Source: Candidatus Iainarchaeum sp.
Lineage (GTDB): Archaea > Iainarchaeota > Iainarchaeia > JAGGVJ01
DNA length: 59,456 bases
Assembly (NCBI GenBank): GCA_021158055.1
Contig: JAGGVJ010000026.1
Location: forward strand, 1 to 59,456
Direction: 5' to 3'
The notes under the pieces are model-generated. The model did not search any database. It was not told where the DNA came from and saw nothing but the letters and a program-made list of their open reading frames with translations. Of this stretch, positions 53,784 to 59,456 are shown piece after piece (the stretch's first letter is position 1; each line of letters opens with the position of its first letter). Position numbers and translations under genes: made by a program.

Positions 53784-54584
53784 TTAAACCCCAAACAATC
53801 CTTTCGAAAGCTCTTCAATCGAAGCTTCAGTCCAGACAACAAGTCTTCCAGGCACGGTTCCCGGCGCAAGGATATCTGCGTTTAACTGGCTTACTTTGAT
53901 TACTTCAACGCCGGGGATGTTTGATGCTGCTTTTCGGACATTTCCGTTGTTTGCAACGACAATCAAGGCGGATTTTTTTGTCTTGTATTTTCTGCCTCTT
54001 GTTTTTCCCCTTCCCGCGCGGATTTTTCTTGACTGCGCGCGTTCAAGGTCTTGTGATAACCCGAGTTTTTCAAGAATTGCTGAAAGTTCTTTTAAATTGT
54101 TCACTGATTCTATTTTGTCTTCAACTATAATTGGAAATTCAGTGCCTTTTGAAACTTTGTGGCCTCTCAGTTCAACAAGATCTTTCCTCATTGTTGCCGC
54201 AATCGCAGACCGTATTGCATAAAGCCGTTCTTTTTTGTTGATCCGCTCGCGAAGTATTTTTGTCACTTTCGGCGGGTGCGCTGCGCGTCCCCCAACTGAC
54301 TGCGGGACAATCCTGACGTTTCCAAGCGCCGGACCGTTGTGGATTCTCGGAAGTCTCGCAAGACCCCTGTTTATCCCCTGTCCGTAAGCGCGTCGTCTTC
54401 CGACGTATCTCGCGGTCGTTTTCAGTCCCGCCCGCACATCAGTCCCTTTTGCCTGAAATGATGCGCTTTGGGTCGCAAGAACAGCTCTTTTTATTAAGTC
54501 AGAGCGAACCGGTGTTTCAAACTGCAACGGGAGCTCGACTTTTTTAAGCTCTTTGCCTTCAATTGAATAAACGTTTGCTTTCAT
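53784..54584 (-). CDS. rpl4: 50S ribosomal protein uL4
   Basis: ATG 54584 (MKANVYSIEGKE) has an AAGGTG RBS and lies 2 nt after the rpl3 stop. Confidence 0.9.
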   Translation of the reverse strand: MKANVYSIEGKELKKVELPLQFETPVRSDLIKRAVLATQSASFQAKGTDVRAGLKTTARYVGRRRAYGQGINRGLARLPRIHNGPALGNVRIVPQSVGGRAAHPPKVTKILRERINKKERLYAIRSAIAATMRKDLVELRGHKVSKGTEFPIIVEDKIESVNNLKELSAILEKLGLSQDLERAQSRKIRAGRGKTRGRKYKTKKSALIVVANNGNVRKAASNIPGVEVIKVSQLNADILAPGTVPGRLVVWTEASIEELSKGLFGV

Positions 54585-54585
54585 T

Positions 54586-55662
54586 TCATACACCTTGCTG
54601 CGATGAAGTTGATATGTTTGTTATTTCCCCGATTTTAAGGAAATCAACTTTTGGATGCCTGATTGCTTTTCTCAAGGCGATAAGTCTTTTTTTCGGTCCC
54701 GGTACTGATCCTGCCACAAGAACATACTTGGAGTTTACTTCACCGTATTTTACCAGGCCACCTTTCGGGGTTATTTCCTTGCCGTCTTCGCCTATTTTTA
54801 TGAGTTTTTTGTTTAGTTCTGTCCTGTTGAAAAAACCCATCTGTCCCGCCATCGGAACAGTCCACAATATTTTTGCAGGGTGCCATGGGCCGACCGAACC
54901 GATGTGCCTTCTTTTTTTGGTCGCTTTCGGCCTCTGGATTGTTATCCCCCACCTTTTTACAGGCCCTTGGAATCCTTTTCCTTTTGTGACTGCTTTCACG
55001 TCCAAAAACTCGCCTTCGCTGAACACATCGGAAGCGTTTATTTCTTTTCCAAGCATGTCTTTTGCGTAGTTAAATGCTTCTTCAATGCTTCCACCGACAC
55101 CTATTTCACCAAGTTCCGGTGTTTTTTTGATTTTTGCCTGTTTGGGCTGCGTGTAAACAATCAGCCTTAGTTCGTCTGCGTCTTTAAGCAGTTGTTCCAT
55201 TTTCTTTATTCCAAAGTCAGCGTCTTCTGGTTGGTTTGCCTTGCCATCTGCTTCCTTTGTCTTGTCATCTGTTTCTTTGGCTTTCAAAGCTTTTTTGTCT
55301 GCTGTTTTTGGAAGAATTATTTTTCTTGCAAGTTCTTTGTTCAGATTTTTTGCCCAGGTTTCTGCCAGCGCGTTTATCCCGTACCTGCCTTTCGATTGCG
55401 AGTAAAGCCTGATTCCGGCAACTTTCATTGGAGGGCATTCGATTATGGTTACTGGAATTTGTATTTCCTGCCCAAACTTGGGGGATTTTGCTTTTTCGCT
55501 CACTGCATGCAAGTGAGTCATCCCTGCCTTGTACCCCATGAACGCAAGCGGTTTTGCGTCCGCTGACTTTGGGTAAGTGGAAATCGTGGAATAAATCCTT
55601 TTCGCTTTTTTTCTCGGGCTGAACCCAAGCGATCCTGATCTTGGCTGGTTAATTTCAGGCAT
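54586..55662 (-). CDS. rpl3: 50S ribosomal protein uL3
   Basis: PRSGSLGFSPRKKA, FQGPVKRWG motifs. First gene of the cluster. Confidence 0.95.
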   Translation of the reverse strand: MPEINQPRSGSLGFSPRKKAKRIYSTISTYPKSADAKPLAFMGYKAGMTHLHAVSEKAKSPKFGQEIQIPVTIIECPPMKVAGIRLYSQSKGRYGINALAETWAKNLNKELARKIILPKTADKKALKAKETDDKTKEADGKANQPEDADFGIKKMEQLLKDADELRLIVYTQPKQAKIKKTPELGEIGVGGSIEEAFNYAKDMLGKEINASDVFSEGEFLDVKAVTKGKGFQGPVKRWGITIQRPKATKKRRHIGSVGPWHPAKILWTVPMAGQMGFFNRTELNKKLIKIGEDGKEITPKGGLVKYGEVNSKYVLVAGSVPGPKKRLIALRKAIRHPKVDFLKIGEITNISTSSQQGV

Positions 55663-55699
55663 AAAAACACCAAATAATTTTCATTGTAAAATTTAAATC

Positions 55700-55725
55700 A
55701 AAAAAGCAACCCTAAAGGTTGTTTT
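55700..55725 (-). terminator. possible rtcB terminator
   Basis: On the minus strand, a CAACC-tttag-GGTTG hairpin followed by CTTTTTTG. Lies in the AT-rich gap between rtcB and rpl3. Confidence 0.35.
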
Positions 55726-56065
55726 TCAAATATTCTCTTAATCCGGTCAAATCTAAAATCCAAAGATTCAACACGGTTGCAGAATTCAAAAAAACATCAG
55801 CGGTTAAAGAAAACAGGTGCATGCATTTGCAATATGGCAAGTGTACATGTTAATCTCACACTAATATCAATTTATATCCAACACAAGCAGCTTTTACACT
55901 GATTGCATACTATTTATCACGTTTTTGTTTAATAAATGTGATGATTTTCAGGTCAAATACTGACTTTAACTTAAATTTGTATTCATCACTCTTTAATATA
56001 CTCATTTTATATTTAAAAAGGTTATGCGAAAATTGATTGCGAAAATTGATCCGGCTGTTCCAGCA

Positions 56066-57508
56066 TTATCCCTTGGCAACGCCCATTGGCTTGAGCTTCA
56101 CTACTTTTCTTGCAATTCCTGCCAGTTCAACTGATTTTACCACTTCGTCTATGTCTTTGTATACTTCAGGCGCTTCTTCTGCCAATACTGCCGGTGACAT
56201 TGCGCGAACATATTGCCCTTTGCTGGCAAGCTTTTCCCTCACGTCAAACCCGCTGAATTTTTGCTTTGCGGCGTGCCGCGACATGATCCGCCCTGCCCCG
56301 TGGCAAGTGCTTCCGAAAGTCTCTTGCATTGCGGTTTCTGTACCGACCAGGATGTAAGATGCGGTTCCCATGTCCCCGGGAATTATCACAGGGTGACCTG
56401 TTTTTCTGTATGCCTGAGGGATTTCTTTTTTTCCCGCTGCAAAAGCACGGGTCGCGCCTTTCCTGTGAACCTGCAGTTTTTTTGTTTTTCCGTCTACTTT
56501 GTGCTCTTCAATTTTTGTAATGTTGTGGGCAACGTCATAGGTCAGGTTCATCTCAAGGTCTTCCGCACTCCTTTCAAATACTCTTTCAAACACTTCCCTT
56601 ATCCAGTGAGTTATTATCTCGCGGTTGCAGAAAGCGTAATTCACCGCGCATTTCATTGCTGAAAAGTAATCCTGCGCTTCGTCACTGTGTATCGGTGCGC
56701 ATGCCAGTTGCCTGTCAGGCAATTTTATGTCATACTTGGAGGCCGCTGATTCCATTGCGTCAAGGTAATCGCTTGCAACCTGGTGCCCGAACCCCCTCGA
56801 ACCGCAGTGAACCATCACCGCAACCTGGCCTTCTTCCGTGAAACCAAAAACCTGCGCTGTTTTTTGATCGATTATTTCTTCAACGCGCTGGATTTCAAGA
56901 AAGTGGTTTCCACTCCCGAGAGTTCCAAGTTGTGGCAGCCCCCTCCCCATTGCTTTTTGAGAGCATTTTTCAGTATCCGCGCCTTCCATACAACCGTTTT
57001 CCTCAATGTGTTCGGTGTCTTTTTCAAAGCCGTACCCGTTTTCAACTGCCCAGCCGGCGCCCATTGCAAGGACTTCTTCAAGCTGCGAATTTGAAAGCCT
57101 CAGCCTTCCTTTTGACCCGACTCCCGAAGGGATATCCCTGAAAAGCAAGTCAATGAGTTCTTTTAATTTCGGCTTGAGTTCTTTTTCAGTAAGGTTTGTC
57201 TGGATTGCCCGCACCCCGCAGTTTATGTCAAAACCGATTCCTCCCGGTGAGATTACACCACCCTCGTTTTCGTCAAAAGCAGCGACTCCCCCTATCGGAA
57301 ACCCGTATCCGAAGTGAATATCCGGCATGGCCATGGCCCTCATCTGAATTCCCGGCAGGCATGCGACGTTTTTTATCTGCCGAAGCGCTCCTTCTTCAAC
57401 CGACTCTATGACTTGCTTTGTGCCATAAAACCTTGCCGGAACGTTCATGTCCCCTGTTTTCGGAATTTCCCATATTGCCTCTGTTATCTGTTTCATTTCC
57501 TGTTGCAT
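56066..57508 (-). CDS. rtcB: RNA-splicing ligase RtcB
   Basis: GIGFDINCGVR, GSGNHF and HCGSRGFGHQ motifs. Start set at MQQEMKQ with a GGTGG RBS. Confidence 0.9.
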   Translation of the reverse strand: MQQEMKQITEAIWEIPKTGDMNVPARFYGTKQVIESVEEGALRQIKNVACLPGIQMRAMAMPDIHFGYGFPIGGVAAFDENEGGVISPGGIGFDINCGVRAIQTNLTEKELKPKLKELIDLLFRDIPSGVGSKGRLRLSNSQLEEVLAMGAGWAVENGYGFEKDTEHIEENGCMEGADTEKCSQKAMGRGLPQLGTLGSGNHFLEIQRVEEIIDQKTAQVFGFTEEGQVAVMVHCGSRGFGHQVASDYLDAMESAASKYDIKLPDRQLACAPIHSDEAQDYFSAMKCAVNYAFCNREIITHWIREVFERVFERSAEDLEMNLTYDVAHNITKIEEHKVDGKTKKLQVHRKGATRAFAAGKKEIPQAYRKTGHPVIIPGDMGTASYILVGTETAMQETFGSTCHGAGRIMSRHAAKQKFSGFDVREKLASKGQYVRAMSPAVLAEEAPEVYKDIDEVVKSVELAGIARKVVKLKPMGVAKG

Positions 57509-57581
57509 GATGACCACCCTGCTGTTTAATCCGGACACGCTGCCTAATCCGGATATATTGCCTTGTTCAATTCAATAAATG

Positions 57582-58010
57582 TCAAACGTCAAGTATTATT
57601 TTAACTGTGTATCCCTCGCCTTCTTTTTTTATTTCAAGTCCGTAGTAACTGACTGCTTTTATTTCCGATGATATGCAATGCTTTTCCTGGTTTATTTTTT
57701 CTCCAAAAGCGCTTCCGAAAAGCTCAAAATTGTTGTTTTCTTTGCGTGTTATTTTCACTGCGAACCTGTTGAAAACCAAAAACTTTGACTCGCTTGCGTA
57801 AAGCAATTCTGAAAGCCAGTCGTGAAGCAGTTTTTCAGGCGTTGTTGCCGAAACATTGATTTTTTCCTCAATTCCATCCCACACAAGCTGCGGCTTGACC
57901 AGCACTTCAAAAACAGCTTTCGCTGACTCTTCAAACAGTCCTTCAAGGGTTTTTCCTTTTGCTTTAAACATCACGTCTGCCGTGTGTTCCAGGAATGTGT
58001 AAGTTGCCAT
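57582..58010 (-). CDS. archease (RtcB activator)
   Basis: Start at MATYTFLEHTADVMFKAKGKTLEGLFEE. The longer track ORF runs into the tRNA-Asn gene. Confidence 0.85.
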   Translation of the reverse strand: MATYTFLEHTADVMFKAKGKTLEGLFEESAKAVFEVLVKPQLVWDGIEEKINVSATTPEKLLHDWLSELLYASESKFLVFNRFAVKITRKENNNFELFGSAFGEKINQEKHCISSEIKAVSYYGLEIKKEGEGYTVKIILDV

Positions 58011-58082
58011 GTTAACTATATATGAACACAGGTTCAAAAATAAATGCGTTTTTAAGCGCAAACAAGAAAAAAAGACAAAAGG

Positions 58083-58173
58083 CGCCTCGGGAAGGACTCG
58101 AACCTTCGACTTTACGGTAGCTGCTGTTAAAAACAATAACAGCCGTACGCTCTACCAACTAAACTACCGAGGC
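58083..58173 (-). tRNA. tRNA-Asn (anticodon GTT) with 18-nt canonical 37/38 intron
   Basis: Reverse complement: acceptor GCCTCGG/CCGAGGC-G, anticodon stem TACGG/CCGTA enclosing CTGTTA-[TTGTTTTTAACAGCAGCT]-A, T-arm GAAGG-TTCGAGT-CCTTC. Confidence 0.85.
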
Positions 58174-58326
58174 ACAAATAGGTATTATAACACAGCCAAT
58201 GCAGTTGCATTGACATTCATAATATTGTTTTTTGTTTTTTTAAATGTTACTTTGAAACCCGTAACTTTTTTCCGGATACCGCAAGTTTTTGTCGGACATT
58301 AAAAACACAATTGTTCTTGTGGATTT

Positions 58327-59031
58327 TTACACTGTTTTTTCACGGTTTTTCAAGGAGCTTTTTTTGACTTTTTCGCGCAGTTTTTCTATTTGTTTTTCCT
58401 GCGCCATTTTCATGAGTTCAAACGGCGTGTTCTCTGCGAAAAGAACCGGGTATCTCGGTTCTTCAAACTTGAACCACCGGACCATGTCTTTTACAGAACG
58501 CTCTGCTCCCTCTTCTATTTTTGTGTCCGCGTGGTCTGCAGCCATCACTATGAGTGATTCGATTGAACTTCCGCGCCCGCCTGCTATATCTATGACTTCT
58601 TTTGGAAACTGCCTCGAGTAAAGTTCTGCTGCCACAAGCGAGTCATGGAAAGCCCCTATCTGGTATTTTCTGCTGGAAAATTCCCCTGTGTTTGTCTTGT
58701 CGTATGTCACGTGCTTCAATACGTCGTGGAGTAAAGCGCCCGCAATAACAAAATCTTTGTTGACTTTGGCGCCGTATACTTCCTCAACAATACCCACAAG
58801 GCTGAGGGCTATTTTTGTCACCGCAAGCGTGTGGTCAACAAGCCCCCCGCAGTAAGTGTGGTGAATTGCAACTGACGCCGGAGCTTCTTCAAAAGACACG
58901 TTTGAAGGCTGGTATTGAAAATGGATTGGCGTCGGGTTTTTTATAAAGTCTTCAACCTGTTTTTGAAGCTGCTTTTCTTTTATCTGCTCTGCAAATTCAA
59001 ACAGTTTTTGCATTTTGCTGTTTTCTTTCAT
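58327..59031 (-). CDS. HD-domain metal-dependent phosphohydrolase
   Basis: Start at MKENSKMQ with a GGTG RBS. H...HD signature (VDHTLAV ... ALLHDVLKH). Confidence 0.7.
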   Translation of the reverse strand: MKENSKMQKLFEFAEQIKEKQLQKQVEDFIKNPTPIHFQYQPSNVSFEEAPASVAIHHTYCGGLVDHTLAVTKIALSLVGIVEEVYGAKVNKDFVIAGALLHDVLKHVTYDKTNTGEFSSRKYQIGAFHDSLVAAELYSRQFPKEVIDIAGGRGSSIESLIVMAADHADTKIEEGAERSVKDMVRWFKFEEPRYPVLFAENTPFELMKMAQEKQIEKLREKVKKSSLKNREKTV

Positions 59032-59106
59032 GCTACTCACACCTTTTTTAAAAACAGTCGAATGCTTAACAAAAACACAATTTTTGACAAAAAACAATCA
59101 AACAAA

Positions 59107-59283
59107 TCATTCAAAAGTTATCGCGTCAACCGGACACACTTCACTGCATTTTTTGCATCCTTTACAGTCATCCGGATTTACGACTTTTGCTTTTCCGTCG
59201 ACAAGGTCAAGAACTTTTAAAGGACAGGCAACGACACATGCGCCGCACCCTATGCACAAATCTTCATCTATTTTTGGAAGCAT
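59107..59283 (-). CDS. 2x[4Fe-4S] ferredoxin (58 aa)
   Basis: Below the track cutoff. Reverse-complement translation gives MLPKIDEDLCIGCGACVVACPLKVLDLVDGKAKVVNPDDCKGCKKCSEVCPVDAITFE with two CxxCxxCxxxCP motifs. Confidence 0.8.
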   Translation of the reverse strand: MLPKIDEDLCIGCGACVVACPLKVLDLVDGKAKVVNPDDCKGCKKCSEVCPVDAITFE

Positions 59284-59338
59284 TTTTTCACTCTCCTTTT
59301 TTTAGTATTTCAAGATATGCTTGTGAAATACAAAATAA

Positions 59339-59456
59339 TAAACTCATTTAATAATCTACTCAATTTAATAATCTACTCAAATTAATAATCTACTCAAATT
59401 AATAATCTACTCAAATTAATAATCTACTCAATTTAATAATCTACTCAATTTAATAA
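59339..59456. repeat. 17-bp tandem repeat, at least 6.5 copies, running off the window end
   Basis: The unit CTACTCAA(A/T)TTAATAAT starts at 59356, 59373, 59390, 59407, 59424 and 59441, with a degenerate copy before them. There are no spacers. Confidence 0.85.

Noticed and set aside
22351-59305. Numerous plus-strand ORFs across the core region (e.g. 25524-25934, 31526-32053, 37969-38421, 45469-46038, 54563-55069, 56213-56662)
   Set aside because: All of them lie antisense to strongly supported, conserved minus-strand genes and show no recognisable motifs. They are shadow ORFs.
59339-59456. CRISPR array
   Set aside because: The 17-bp units are directly adjacent with no spacers and are AT-rich with no palindromic core. 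This is a simple tandem repeat.

Overview
The window is archaeal chromosome. The evidence is a set of archaea/eukaryote-type ribosomal proteins (eL14, eL19, eL32, eL34, eS4, L18e), RNAP subunits D/N/K, Cbf5, aSUI1, Rpp29, RtcB/archease and intron-containing tRNAs. It splits into two very different halves.

(1) Positions ~22.26-59.3 kb are a dense, almost entirely minus-strand conserved core:
- A complete archaeal-type lower mevalonate pathway operon: MVK, UbiD-like decarboxylase, AcnX large and small subunits, UbiX, IPK, IDI-2.
- HAD and MEMO-like genes.
- The rps2-eno-rpoK-rpoN-rps9-rpl13-rpl18e block.
- The rpoD-rps11-rps4-rps13 block.
- The cbf5-rpl14e-cmk-rpl34e-DUF106-adk-secY block and the full L3...L15 ribosomal protein supercluster.
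- RtcB, archease, an HD hydrolase, a ferredoxin, and four tRNA genes (Pro, Leu, Ser, Asn), three of them with introns.

(2) Positions 1-22.2 kb are a plus-strand accessory block made almost only of unrecognisable ORFs, with no integrase or transposase that I can see. Its notable contents are:
- Seven copies of a ~95-125 nt tRNA-like element (acceptor-like helix plus a canonical GGTTCRAATCC T-arm, but no anticodon arm), each followed by conserved hairpins and sitting upstream of a gene cassette.
- Three copies of a conserved hairpin plus T-run 3' element.
- A duplicated 22-nt promoter-like box.
- A divergent second uS3 homolog.
- An operon coupling a divergent CDC48/VCP-like double-AAA ATPase with an archaemetzincin-like protein (HQxxH), a polytopic membrane protein and a perfect AN1 zinc-finger protein.
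- A HerA/DUF87-type ATPase module flanked by ~48-bp direct repeats.

All functional calls come from reading motifs in the supplied translations. No database search was run.
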